DNA of 63,895 bases, filler included, from Octopus bimaculoides (GCF_001194135.2; 7 parts of 6 records of this genome joined end to end with filler, not necessarily neighbours in it); one strand, 5' to 3'. Positions 1 to 11,093 are shown, counted from the whole stretch's first letter. Numbers and translations are program-made. Notes: generated by a model from the letters alone, not told the origin.

Positions 1-357
1 GGGACCCCTGTCAAAGGCTTTCTCCATGTCAACGAAAGCCAGGTACAGAGGTTTATCCTTGGCTAGATATTTCTCCTGCAGCTGTCTCACTAGAAATATG
101 GCATCAGTGGTGCTTTTACCTGGCACGAACCCAAACTGCATCTCATCTAAATTGATTCGCTCCCTAATTAGTTGGGCTATGACCCTCTCCGTAACTTTCA
201 TAACCTGATCTAACAGCTTGATGCCTCTGTAATTATTAGTATCTAAAGCGTCACCTTTACCTTTGTAGCAGTTTACTATGGTGCTGCTACACCAGTCATT
301 GGGTATGACTCCTTCGTGTATCACCTGGTTCGTAATACGGGTGACTAGGCTGTAGCC
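1..357 (-). mobile_element. RTE-clade LINE reverse transcriptase fragment, 5'-truncated, runs off the window start
   Basis: 357->1 translates stop-free (119 codons): GYSLVTRITNQVIHEGVIPNDWCSSTIVNCYKGKGDALDTNNYRGIKLLDQVMKVTERVIAQLIRERINLDEMQFGFVPGKSTTDAIFLVRQLQEKYLAKDKPLYLAFVDMEKAFDRGP. The KGKGD..NYRGI.LL, QFGF.PG.STTDAIF and AFVD.EKAFD motifs are typical of non-LTR RT domains 0-3 of the RTE clade. Confidence 0.93.
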
Positions 358-360
358 ATC

Positions 361-424
361 ACCAGCATCAGTTGTCAAGCAATGGTGGGAGAACAAACAC
401 ACACAAATATGTGTGTGTGTTTGT

Positions 425-472
<48 letters not shown>

Positions 473-612
473 TAAAAAGAGAGAGAGATGGATTTCTTTC
501 AATTTCTGTCTCACAAATCCACTCACAAGGCTTTGGTCAGCCTGAGGCTATAGCAGAAGATACTTACCCAAGGTGCCACACAGTGGGACTGAACCCAGAA
601 CCGTGTGATGGG
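361..612 (-). mobile_element. SINE family A copy, 3' part interrupted by the RTE fragment
   Basis: Matches copies at 43081-43450 and 44231-44640 (CAAATCCACTCACAAGGCTTTGGTC...GAGGCTATAG.AGAAGA.ACTT.CCCAAGGTGCCAC.CAGTGGGACTGAACCC), with an internal (TG)n/(AG)n run. Confidence 0.85.
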
Positions 613-991
613 ACTTGTGACTAAGTTTAAGATGAATACAAGTGTAATTAGGACCAGAAGAGTTAATGTGTCTTTTCATTTTTAACTAGTAAGGTGTGAT
701 TTAAAGGAAATTTGGCAGTTATTTCTAGCAGGTTGATTGACTGTGCAGAGATCCCTCCACCATCATTCCCTCATTGTGCTTGGTGATAAGTATGTCTATC
801 AGTCATTTGCATGCCTGAAGATAGTAGAAATAATACTTTTGTTACCAAATTTCTGATAAAATATGCTGCTTTTGTTTCAATTAATTTTGAAAATAATGAA
901 GAATTTAGTAAAATAACTATCATTATTAAGCTGGTATTTGGAACATCAGTTACCATGAAATTTTGATGAAAGGATTTCAGTTAGATCACTT

Positions 992-1220
992 TTATCCGGT
1001 AGCATTTAGATTACTCCATTAAACGTAATACATCTTCATTCACATTGATTTGAATTAATCATGAATTATCTTGTAGCTTTAAGATTTCAATAATGTGAGT
1101 GCTTAAGTTTTGAATGACTTTGATAGGTATAGGTGAGAGGCCAGATTTGGCCAGTTTAACTAATAAAACAGGTAGCAAATTTTGGGTTGGATATGACCGG
1201 TTTAAATGCTAAAGGGTTAA
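992..1220 (-). mobile_element. piggyBac-like MITE copy
   Basis: Ends AATGCTAAAGGG|TTAA at 1205-1220; reverse-complement homologue of 1859-2087 and 12730-12957. Confidence 0.7.
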
Positions 1221-1683
1221 AAGAGGGACATTGTATCTTAAACCAGAGGTGGTCTCAGATGAATTCATATCAAAGGTGTTAAAACAGCTTTAAGCTCTGA
1301 TAGAAATTGGCTCTGAATGATCCAAGAAGATTTCATATCTAAGTATTGAATGGAAACTAAAACAGAATTATTCATTTTCCAGATTATTTATATCTCTTCT
1401 TTGGAGTGTATATTTGATTAATCTGCTGCTATATACATATCTAAGAATATGAAACCTAATGAAGATGATAGGAGTTTAAACTGATTAAATATTGTTTAGA
1501 AAATATTGTAAATATAGATTTAAAGGTGAGGCTAATATTCTGGAAGATTATAAATCTTATTAACAATGCCTTCGATATTATATGTCCTAAATATTTAGAC
1601 ATCTAACTCTTTTGTTAATATATTTCTGTTGAGATAACACTGCCTTTGTTTAATTTATTTTGAAAGTAATAAAGGCACAGATA

Positions 1684-1857
1684 TGGCTTTGAGGTTAAGA
1701 AATTTGTTTCCTAACCATGTGGTCTCAGGTTCAATTCCACAGTGGGATACTTTGATCAACTGTCTCCTACTATAGCCCTGGGTCAACCAAAGCCTTGTGA
1801 ATGGATTTTTACATGGAAACTGGAAGAAACCCACCATACACATATGTGAGTGTGTAT
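1684..1857 (+). mobile_element. SINE family A, degenerate 5' portion
   Basis: Decayed A box (TGGCTTTGAGG) and B box (GGTTCAATTCC), then ...CTACTATAGCCCTGGGTCAACCAAAGCCTTGTGAATGGATTT. Confidence 0.7.
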
Positions 1858-1858
1858 G

Positions 1859-2087
1859 TTTATCCCATTATCATTTAAACCAGCCATATCCTACCAATTA
1901 ATTCTACCTGTTTTATGTTCAAACTGGCCAGATCTGACCTCTCACACTTACCCTACAATGTAATTCTAAAAATAAACACTTACACCATCGAAATTTCAAA
2001 GCTAAGAGATAATGCATGATTAATTCAAAACAATATGAATACATAAGCACTGAATTTGGCAGATTAATATGAATGCTAAAGGGTTAT
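1859..2087 (+). mobile_element. piggyBac-like MITE copy
   Basis: Internal sequence homologous to 12730-12957; right end GAATGCTAAAGGGTTA. Confidence 0.7.
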
Positions 2088-2121
2088 GTGTGTGTGTGTT
2101 CCCTAATCTTGACATCACGTC

Positions 2122-2370
2122 ATAGTTGTAAACAACCATCACCATCATACAAGCAATATTGTTTGTTCCCCAGTCTTCTGCGAAAACCATGTCTGGCCAC
2201 TGAGAAATATTTCCTTGCCTGGAAACAGGTGAGGGCTGGTGGCAGGAAGGGCACCCAGTCACAGAAAATTCTGCTTCAGCAAATTCCATCTGACCCATGC
2301 AAGCAGAGAAAAGTGGGCATTAAAGATGATGATGATAATAATGACAATGATGATGATAATGATGGCGATG
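2122..2370 (+). mobile_element. Interspersed retroposon family E with (GAT)n tail (RTE-type tail)
   Basis: Homologous to 11094-11295: CATCATACAAGCA...CCAGTCTTCTG.GAAAA.CATGTC...GGAAACAGGTGAGGG.TG...CAGGAAGGGCA.C...C.TAGAAAAT.TGC; ends in (GAT)n. Confidence 0.75.
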
Positions 2371-2931
2371 AAAGAACTTAGTAAAACAAATTTGTCATTA
2401 TTAAGCTGGTGTATGGAACTTCAATTAACATGAAACTGGGATTGAAATTTTAGTTTAGAACACTTTAAGAGATGACATTTTTACCATAAAACAAAGGATG
2501 GTCTCAGGTGGGTTGGTATAAAAAAAGGTCAAGAAAACTAAAATCTGCCTAAACTAAAATGGTCAAAACTGGAGTTCAATTGCTATCAGTTGTCTTCGAT
2601 AGATAATGGAGAACCAGTCAATATGTTTGTTTTATGTCTATTTTCCCATGCTCACATAAGCTGGGGACGTATGAGGCAATATTTTAAAACTGTTGTCTGT
2701 AATCAAGTAAGAGCTTCTTTCTATATTTATTTTTGCGTGTTCTATTGTTTTTCTTTTTTCAAGCACTGAGTGATGGTACATATTGTCAGCAGGAAAGGTG
2801 AAACATCACATCAATATTTCACTCAAGTCATTTGACAAGGACAAGTGAATCTGTGAAATGGTAACATTTGCATGCACACGCACTCATAATAATTGTATAA
2901 TTGTTAAAGAGAGCAACAAACGTTAAGGCAA

Positions 2932-3134
2932 GACAAACATCTCAAATCATATTCATTATTATTATTGGACTTCATCTCTTATCCTCTGTCGTCATTTTAT
3001 TAATCTATACCCATCTCATTTTCCCTATTTGTCTCTGATGACGGAATATACCATACTCTGGGATATCTCAGAAACAGCTGTAAGACTTCGAATTTTTCCA
3101 ATAATAATAACGTATATGACTTGAGATGTTTGTC
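2932..3134 (+). mobile_element. Short element bounded by 38-bp inverted repeats and containing a hammerhead motif (Penelope-like non-autonomous remnant)
   Basis: 2932-2969 versus the reverse complement of 3097-3134: 35/38 identical. Confidence 0.65.
3031..3086 (+). ncRNA. Minimal type I hammerhead ribozyme motif (possibly decayed)
   Basis: Stem I GTCT(3031-34)/AGAC(3083-86); core CTGATGA (3035-41); stem II GGAATAT/ATATCTC; GAAAC (3071-75); palindromic loop AGCT; cleavage triplet GTA (3080-82). The closing pair of stem II is a C/A mismatch. Confidence 0.65.
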
Positions 3135-3861
3135 CCAGAATGATGATTTGAGTGAAATCAGATGCATTTTTTTAAAAACTCACTTTTATTTGTGTTTATC
3201 ATGTTTAATGTGTTAAAAGTGCATAAACTTTGAATTTTGGTGATAATTTTATTTTCATTCCTGTTGGACCCCTCTTATTTGTCCATGACAGCTTTTTTTT
3301 TAAATTTGGCAGCAATCATTTTCTTTTCTTCCATGCCCAAGATTGAGCAATTGTTTAGCTGAGCTTAAAGAACACATTCAGTTAACAGTGCAGGAGCTAA
3401 CTCCTGAAATGCTCCAAATTGTGTTTCACAACGCTAAAGAGAGATTCGAAGTATGCAGGGATACAGACATGTTGAACATTTTCAATAAAAGTTTGACATA
3501 AGATTTATAAATCTATTTGTTTTGGTAACAAACATAAAATTCTGTCAATTTAAAAAAAAAATTGCTCAATTTCATTGAAACAGATAGTTAATTCTGGAAC
3601 ACCCTGTATGGTGTAGTGTTATTAGTTGTTGCGTTGCTTGAGTAAATATTAAAACCAAAGGTCTTCTCACTGTAAACATCCCATCTTTTTGTTAAGCATA
3701 TTGTATCAAGAAGTATATTGTTCTAAATGTATCTCTCCTTTATAAGCATGGCTGTGTGATTGAGAAGCTTGTTTTCCAATCATGTCACCTTGGGTCCAGT
3801 CCCACTGTTGGACGTTGGACAATTCTCTTTCATTACAACACTGTGCCGAACAAAGCCTTCT

Positions 3862-4152
3862 GATGCCAGTGCTGGCTGACTGGTTCCTGTGCTGGTGGCA
3901 CATAAAAAGCACCATTTAAGCATGGTTGATGCCAGTACCGCTTGACTGGCCCTCATGCCGGCGGCACGTAAAAAGCACCCACTACACTCTCAGAGTAGTT
4001 GGCATTAGGAAGGGCATCCAGCTGTAGAAACTTTACCAGATCAGATTGGAGCCTGGTGCAACCACCTGGCTTGCCAGTCCTCAGTCAAACTACCCAACCC
4101 ATGCCAGCATGGAAAGCAGACGTTAAAGGACGATGATGATAATGATGATGAA
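3862..4152 (+). mobile_element. 5'-truncated RTE LINE 3' UTR (family D)
   Basis: Internal repeats GATGCCAGT...GACTGG..C.TG(T)GC.GGTGGCAC.TAAAAAGCACC, then AGGAAGGGCATCCAGCTGTAGAAAC...CCATGCCAGCATGGAAAGCAGACGTTAAA and (GAT)n; matches 10606-11052. Confidence 0.8.
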
Positions 4153-4800
4153 GAACTCACTTATTATTGTCATATAATAAACAAACAAAAGTTTGTGTAT
4201 GAAATTGATCTTTTTTCTACTTCAATTATTACATGTTTTTTTTTTCTTATAAAATACACGTATACAGAAAGAGTAAATCTATATATATAATAACACTTTG
4301 ATTGTTACTCCCAAGAAAGAGTAAAAGTAATTACCCAATCAACGACAGGTTTTAATGTTGGTATATTTATATATCAAATTAAATACACAATCGAAAGAAT
4401 TACTAATTGTTTCATGTTATTATGATACTTGAACAGGTATATTTATAAAATACGCCATGTATCTTAAGGGGTCTGTTTATGCATTATATATACTTTAAAA
4501 ACAAGAACGCTGGACACTAAGAAAATAAGAAAAAGATGGTTTGTGCATAGAAAAAATGGAACAAGAAAAAAGAAACGGAATCAAGAACTATGATCCTCAT
4601 CCTCCCTGATATATATATATGTGTTGGATGACTTGATAGGAATTGGCAAGTCTGAAGACTGTATCAATCTTGAGTGTCTGCTTTGGCATATATAAAATAG
4701 AAGAAAAAATCAGAAGTAACTAATGTTCCATTCCTAAGTTTATATACAAATATAATTTTCATAAGGAAATGAAATGAAACACTGCTTAATTCTTTTTTAC

Positions 4801-4980
4801 TTCCTTTTTTTGACCAACAGGATGAAAGCTTCTTGACCAATCAGATCCAAGCACCACTGCAACACTGATGGAAGAAGTGTGTTGACCGGAAGGGAGACTA
4901 AGTTGAAAAAATAAACCCCATTTGGTCACATTCCATGGGAGTATGTTGGTCAGCCTAAGAACTTTTCAGCCAATCTTTGT
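4801..4980 (+). mobile_element. mariner transposase C-terminus plus right TIR (decayed)
   Basis: Translates FFDQQDESFLTNQIQAPLQH*WKKCVDRKGD*VEK (mariner GI..L..RW.KCV...GDYVE end); followed by a TIR-like AACTTTTCAGCCAATCTTTG|TA. Confidence 0.75.
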
Positions 4981-5105
4981 ATGTACATGTCTCGCACTTG
5001 AATCATCTTGGAATGTCACAAACAGTTAAGCATTACTTCTGTATAATCTTTTTATTATTATTACCGTTATTAATATTCTACTCTGTACAACAAGAACTTT
5101 TATTT

Positions 5106-5156
<51 letters not shown>

Positions 5157-5490
5157 NNNNNNNNNNNNNNNNNNNNNNNNNNNNNNNNNNNNNNNNNNNN
5201 NNNNNNNNNNNNNNNNNNNNNNNNNNNNNNNNNNNNNNNNNNNNNNNNNNNNNNNNNNNNNNNNNNNNNNNNNNNNNNNNNNNNNNNNNNNNNNNNNNNN
5301 NNNNNNNNNNNNNNNNNNNNNNNNNNNNNNNNNNNNNNNNNNNNNNNNNNNNNNNNNNNNNNNNNNNNNNNNNNNNNNNNNNNNNNNNNNNNNNNNNNNN
5401 NNNNNNNNNNNNNNNNNNNNNNNNNNNNNNNNNNNNNNNNNNNNNNNNNNNNNNNNNNNNNNNNNNNNNNNNNNNNNNNNNNNNNNNNNN

Positions 5491-5521
<31 letters not shown>

Positions 5522-7599
5522 GACAAAGGTGGCTAGATGCAATATAAAACAAAAAAGGAAAAATTCAATTGTCACTAATATATATATGACAGGTTTCCAT
5601 ACTGTTTCCATCAACAAATTCTACTCATACAGCATGTGTGTGCATGCTTGTGATTAACTGTCTCTTTACCTGAGCTAGCTGTTGTTTAACTCTGGGTCAG
5701 CTCTGATAAAGTAAACCTATCAAAGACCAAAGATGTTCCACTATGATCATGAGCATAAATAGGACCACGTGCCCAGGTGCAGGGGTTGGAAGTGCATCGT
5801 CTAAAATTGTTTGAGAAGTGCAAAATCAAAATTTGCACTCCTACTTACTTCTCTTGGGTTTAGAAAGCAATGCATAAAACGTGATCTGTAAAAAGTAACT
5901 TGAAGTTAGGTTTCTTCTCAAAGAACAAAATTAAATAAATAAAAAAACAACAAAATAACACCCTGTTTGTAAAACATTTTGGACCTGGGTTTGCACCTGC
6001 TAAGCAAATTTCATTTGCAAGCCAGTGAATATATATTACTCAGTGTCCTTTACTTTTAATAGTGAGGGGTAATTTGAGGGAAATTTGGTTGTTATTTCTA
6101 ATGTGTTGGTCAACCATATAGACTCCTCCTTGTTATCTTGCAAGGGGCTCCCTTATTACCTCCTACTGAGGCTCCCTCATTAGCACAGCATGTATCATAG
6201 GGGCTTTAATCTCATAAGAGCAGATCAATTTTGACAGAACTCTAAAACTAAAAGCATAAGGTCAGTCAGTCTTCTAGTTTTTGAAAAATAAAGAAAATTT
6301 TCCATGACATGTCTGAGACTTTGCAGTCCTCTTTGTTGAAAATGACGTTAGATCTTGACCTAAGCTTTCAACTGAAAAAGAGAAGGAGAAAACCAAAAAG
6401 AAAGATCAGTCATAATGTCTCCAGCTTCTGATAAAGTTTACTGCCTTCCCTCTATCAAGATAAGAAAAATAACCTCCAGCAACCAAAGGGGCCATGCTAG
6501 CAAGCCCAGAGAAATGTCAGACAATATACCCACAACATTTAAAGTCAACCTGTAGATCCTGTGAAATGGGGTTATCAAAGATGCCAATTGAAGGTTCATT
6601 ATATCAGGAGCATATTTTGGTAATAACCTGCCTTTTAATTTATAACTTTCATTTGTTCTTTCACCACACCCACCTGGAGGGACACCAAATCTCATTGGAA
6701 GATTAATAGATTAATTTTCAAAAATGTCCTGCTTCCAGATGTTCTATTTTATCAGAATGAAACTTTTTGAAAAGGTCAATGAGTGAGTTAAAATCTCAAC
6801 TAGAATCATAACTGTACTGTGTTTATTACTTTTATCTGCACAAAAACATGGTCAACACCCAAAATAATTGGCTTGACAAATACGATATTATGCGCCATTT
6901 CCTTCAGAATGTCTATCGTTTAAATAGTGAAGAATGAGGTAGCTGAGAGCAATTGGAGTGAATCAAGTTAAGTGGGTGGTGAGTTTGTCTCTCTCTCTCT
7001 TTTACATTGGTGTCACTTGAGAAGCTTTACCCAGTCTCTTACTTTTAATTTTAGGTGGAGCATTTAACACAAGTGCAGATGACTGATTTGATAGGACACA
7101 GGATGATGATGTGAGAATTTGGTGGTTCATATCCTACTGGATCCCATGACGATAAAAAAAAAAAGAAAAAAATGGTTCAGTCCACCTATGTCAAAATGAT
7201 TATTCGAAGTAATAACTCTCTACTGCAAGCAGTGCTAGCATTATAAAGTTTTGTCAGTTGGAGTGGTGAGTTCAATACTACAATAAACTGGTGTCTGATC
7301 CAGAGGAAGATTTGTCATCACTCTTTCTCATTACTCCATCCTCAATCATTCATTGTTGATATTCATTACACTCTCTCTCTCTCTCACTTTCATTACTTTC
7401 TTCTATCCCTCCCTCTTCTTCCATCATGTCATATTTTTCTTTTCAATCATCTTACCAACAACCAGCATGCAGCAACCTTCAATGTATCTCTTACATTGTA
7501 CTTGTCTCTGTCACCCTCACACATCAATCACTCTTCCATTGGTCACATTTCATTGAATGAATATCAACAACCCAAAGAGAATTCTTTGATTTGCAGAAG

Positions 7600-7845
7600 A
7601 CATGGTAACCTCTGTAGTGCTGGTGCTACGATAAAATGAATCCAGTTATTCTGTATAAAGTGGTTGATGCTAGATGGGGTATCTTGCAATAGAAACCAGA
7701 GTAAAAATGGAATGTACAAGCAAGACATGTTCCTCAGATCTGTCTAGAGTGGTACTCTCAGTAAAAGCTGGTTTGGACTGTGACAATCTTTTCAATGTAT
7801 GCCAACATGGAAAGTTGATGTAAAAAAGTTGAAGAGATGATGATA
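7600..7845 (+). mobile_element. Highly degenerate RTE 3' UTR (family D)
   Basis: Residual GTGCTGGTGCTAC.ATAAAA, GTGGTTGATGCTAG..GGG.ATC, GCCAACATGGAAAG.TGATGTAAAA and GATGAT tail. Confidence 0.5.
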
Positions 7846-7964
7846 CTTAATGCTATGGAAATACTGGTTCGGTGAACTGCAGAGGTTTGTGAAAGGATAC
7901 ACACATTAAAAACTCAAAACAATAGAGAACATTGAAATACATAATTGATGATGCATACACACAC

Positions 7965-8348
7965 GTGGCACTCTGTCGTTTACGACGATGAGGGTTCCAG
8001 TTGATCCAATCAACTGGAACAGCCTGCTCGTGAAATTAACGTGCAAGTAGCTGAGCACTCCACAAACATGTGTACCCTTAACGTAGTTCTCTGGAGAGAT
8101 TCAGCGTGACGCAGAGTGTGACAAGGCTGGCCCCTTTGAAAAATAGGTACAACAGAAACAAGAAGAAAGAGTGAGGGCAAGTTGTGGTGAAAGAGTACAG
8201 CAGGGTTCACCCCCCCCCCCCAGCCGGAGCCTCGTGGAGCTTTAGGTGGTTTCGCTCAATAAACACTCACAACGCCCGGTCTGGGAATCGAAACCATGAT
8301 CCTACAACTGCGAGTCTGCTTCCCTAACCACTGGGCCATTGCACCTCC
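7965..8348 (-). mobile_element. tRNA-derived SINE family C, near full length
   Basis: Minus-strand head GGAGGTGCAATGGCCCAGTGGTTAGGG...GGTTTCGATTCCCAGACCGGG (A and B boxes); body matches 34383-34765 and 57184-57552. Confidence 0.9.
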
Positions 8349-8519
8349 ACGCAGGGGTTCAGTGAAACAAACAGGATAAATAGAAATCACTATATGAGTA
8401 TACATACACACAATTAGTAGAAAGTTAGACAAGTAACTCAAGGGCCACAATTTCATGCCTAGTTCTTATCAAAACTGATTAAGTGCCATGCACAAAGCAT
8501 TTTGTCCTTGAGTCTGGGA

Positions 8520-9130
8520 AATTGATTCTCTCAAATGCTCTGGTGGCTCATTAAAGGTAGAAGATATTGTCTGCTACCTAGGGTACCAAATTAGTAGGGG
8601 AAGGATGCACAAAGAGTGTAATAGCTAGAATAAGAATAGGATGGAGGAAATTCAGAGAGCTGTTACTTCTGTTGGCTATGAAAAGTTTCTCTCAGTGAGT
8701 GAAATGAAAATTGTATGATGCATGTATACAGACAACAATTCTACATGGTATTGAGACATGGACCCTGAATGCAGAGGACATGCAAATGTTAGAGAAGAAT
8801 GAAGCTAGGTAGCTCTGATGGATATGTAATCTAAGTGTGCATATTCGACAGAGTGCTAGTATATTGAGAGAGAAGTTAGGCATAAATAGAATTGGTTGCT
8901 GTGTGCAAGAGAGAAGACTGCACTGGTTTGGTCATGTGATGCAGATGGATGCCAACAGCTCCATAAAGAAGTGCTGATCTTACAAAGTAGATGGAACATG
9001 TGGAAGAGAGAGTTCCAGGAAGACATGAGATGAAGTACTGAAGGACAACCTCAGGACACTGAACCTTTCAAATGAGATGACGAAGGACTGAGATACTTAG
9101 TACCTTGCTGTACTCAAGAAGACCTGTGCT
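8520..9130 (+). mobile_element. RTE-clade LINE ORF C-terminal fragment, decayed
   Basis: Translates ...KLYDACIQTTILHGIETWTLNAEDMQMLEKNEA... and ...LGINRIGCCVQERRLHWFGHVMQMD...NEMTKD*DT*YLAVLKKT, with stops; RL.WFGHV is the RTE post-RT motif. D-like UTR remnants follow at ~9185-9270. Confidence 0.85.
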
Positions 9131-9280
9131 CCACAGCAGAAGTGTTAAGGTTGCTCCCTCTGGTGAAGAGGATTGGCCTGCAAGAGTCCTGTGCCAGTGC
9201 TACATAAAAAGCACTCATGCTGGTGCTATATGAAAGCACTCATACAGTGTATTGTAGAAAGCATCCAGCACACTCTGTAA

Positions 9281-9592
9281 AATGGTTCTCTTTTTATCGG
9301 TCTCTTTTGCTGAACCGCTAAGTTACGTGGACGTAAACACACCAGCATTGGTTGTCAAGCGATATTGGGGGGACAAACACATATATATATATACATATAT
9401 ACGACGGGCTTCTTTAAGTTTCTGTTTACCAAATCCACTCATAAGGCTTTGGTCGGCCCGAGGCTGTAGTAGAAGACACTTGCCCAAAGTGCCATGCAGT
9501 GGGACNNNNNNNNNNAGACACTTGCCCAAAGTGCCATGCAGTGGGACTGAACCCGGAACCATGTGGTTGGTAAGCAAGCTACTTACCACACA
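9281..9592 (-). mobile_element. SINE family A copy
   Basis: High similarity to 43081-43450; contains an 11-N gap with duplicated flanks. Confidence 0.9.
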
Positions 9593-10605
9593 AATCTCTT
9601 AAGATTCAGTAACAGTACTCTAAAGTAAAGATTATATGCCAACATAATGTGGCAATCCTGTTTGGGATGAATGTTACTGTTATTTAACTCCCGGAAACAT
9701 CGTCTCCGGCTGGCTATACAATACACAATCTGTGTCCTTATATTTTCGAACAGGGGAGTTTAGCACCCCCACTCAGCACAGAGCAATATCTGTGGACTGC
9801 AGTTTCTGGGTTATTTCCACCTCAGCACTGCTCGACTGAGATGGTGCTGCTAAATTCCCGTTCAAAAATATATATAATTTTCAAAGTGACACAGAATCAC
9901 TGATCTAATAAATAGAAAAATTATTATTTCTAAATCTTTCAACAAGAGACATTCAGTAACAGTATTTATTTATTGTAAGAATTACAATCATGTATTCAGA
10001 AACCCCATACATGTATAAATTAGTACAATGCCATTGATGAGGTAGCAATGAGACTTAGTAATTGGTTCTTCTTAGCTCTTTTATGTGGGTTGTGCAGTTT
10101 AGTTATTTCTCCTGTTTACTCTCTGCTGCTGTCGAGAAGTTAGCTATAAGACTGATACATTGTGTTTTATTAGGTCTTTTGAATAGGTTGTATCATTTAA
10201 TTGTCTCCCTTGTTCACACTTTCTTGCTTTAGATAATAAAATGGAATCATCCTTCATCTCTAGCTAATCTTCTTCCTCTTCCCTCAACAGATAATTACTG
10301 ATGGGAAACAAAGGTCACCAAATTGTAGGGAGATGTGAATGAAGGGGACCACAGAGCTAATTTGAATGATAGTTTAGAGGCTTGAAGTGGAAGGTTTTTT
10401 TTTGTTTTTGTGTTTTTCCAGTCTACAAGGGGTTGTTAGTTATGTGTATGTGTGTGTACATTAACAAGGACTGTCAGTTTTATGAATGAAGTTGTATCTA
10501 GTAGCTTTTGTTGTTTTCTATAGTACAAAGTATTTCATGAATCACTTTCCTTGGTGTTTATGGTAACTAAAGAAACGGTACATATACTCTTTTATTCATT
10601 TCAAG

Positions 10606-11052
10606 ACAGAGGCAATGACAAGACCGAGACCTTTGGAGATATGCTGTGACTGAGAAGACTCGACGAGCAAAGTTGTTTGGAGCTGTGGCCGATACCAGTG
10701 TCACATAACCAGCCCATTTAAAAGTACCCTTGAGAGACCTGTTGAGTCAAGTGAAATTGTAGTCGTGGCCGATGCCAGTGCCACCTGACTGGCTCCCCAT
10801 GCCAGTGTCATGTAAAACGCACCATCCAAATGTGGTTGATGCCAGTGCTGCCTGACTGGCCCCCATGCCGGTGACAAGTAAAAACACCCACTACACTTTC
10901 GGAGTGGTTGGCCTTAGTAAGAACATCTAGCTGTAGAAACTTTGCCAGATCAGATTGTAGCCTGGTGCAGTCTACTAGCTTGCCAGTCCTCAGTCAAATC
11001 ATCCAACTCATGCCAGCATGGAAAACAGACGTTAAACAATGATGATGATGAT
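10606..11052 (+). mobile_element. RTE LINE 3' end: last ORF codons plus full 3' UTR (family D)
   Basis: 10622 onward translates DRDLWRYAVTEKTRRAK, homologous to the end of the 8520-9130 ORF; then the internally repeated UTR and (GAT)n tail. Confidence 0.8.
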
Positions 11053-11093
11053 GTATTTATGTGTGCGTGTGTGTGTGTGAGTTTGTACCATTG

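Noticed and set aside
6271-6695. Strong minus-strand acceptor at 6372-6395 followed by ESLGQDLTSFSTKRTAKSQTCHGKFSLFFKN*, and the 85-aa ORF 6438-6695
   Set aside because: No matching donor, no recognisable domain, no second exon in frame.
7030-7120. Plus-strand acceptor TTTTAATTTTAG| with a possible GTGAGA donor
   Set aside because: Two of three frames stop, the third gives an unrecognised peptide; compatible with chance.
9476-9548. Exact ~32-bp direct repeat flanking an 11-N gap
   Set aside because: Unmerged contig overlap inside a SINE; an assembly artefact.
9748-9862. Imperfect inverted repeat (GAACAGGGGAGTTTAGCACC / GGTGCTGCTAAATTCCCGTTC)
   Set aside because: Too degenerate to define TIRs or a TSD; probably part of an old repeat.
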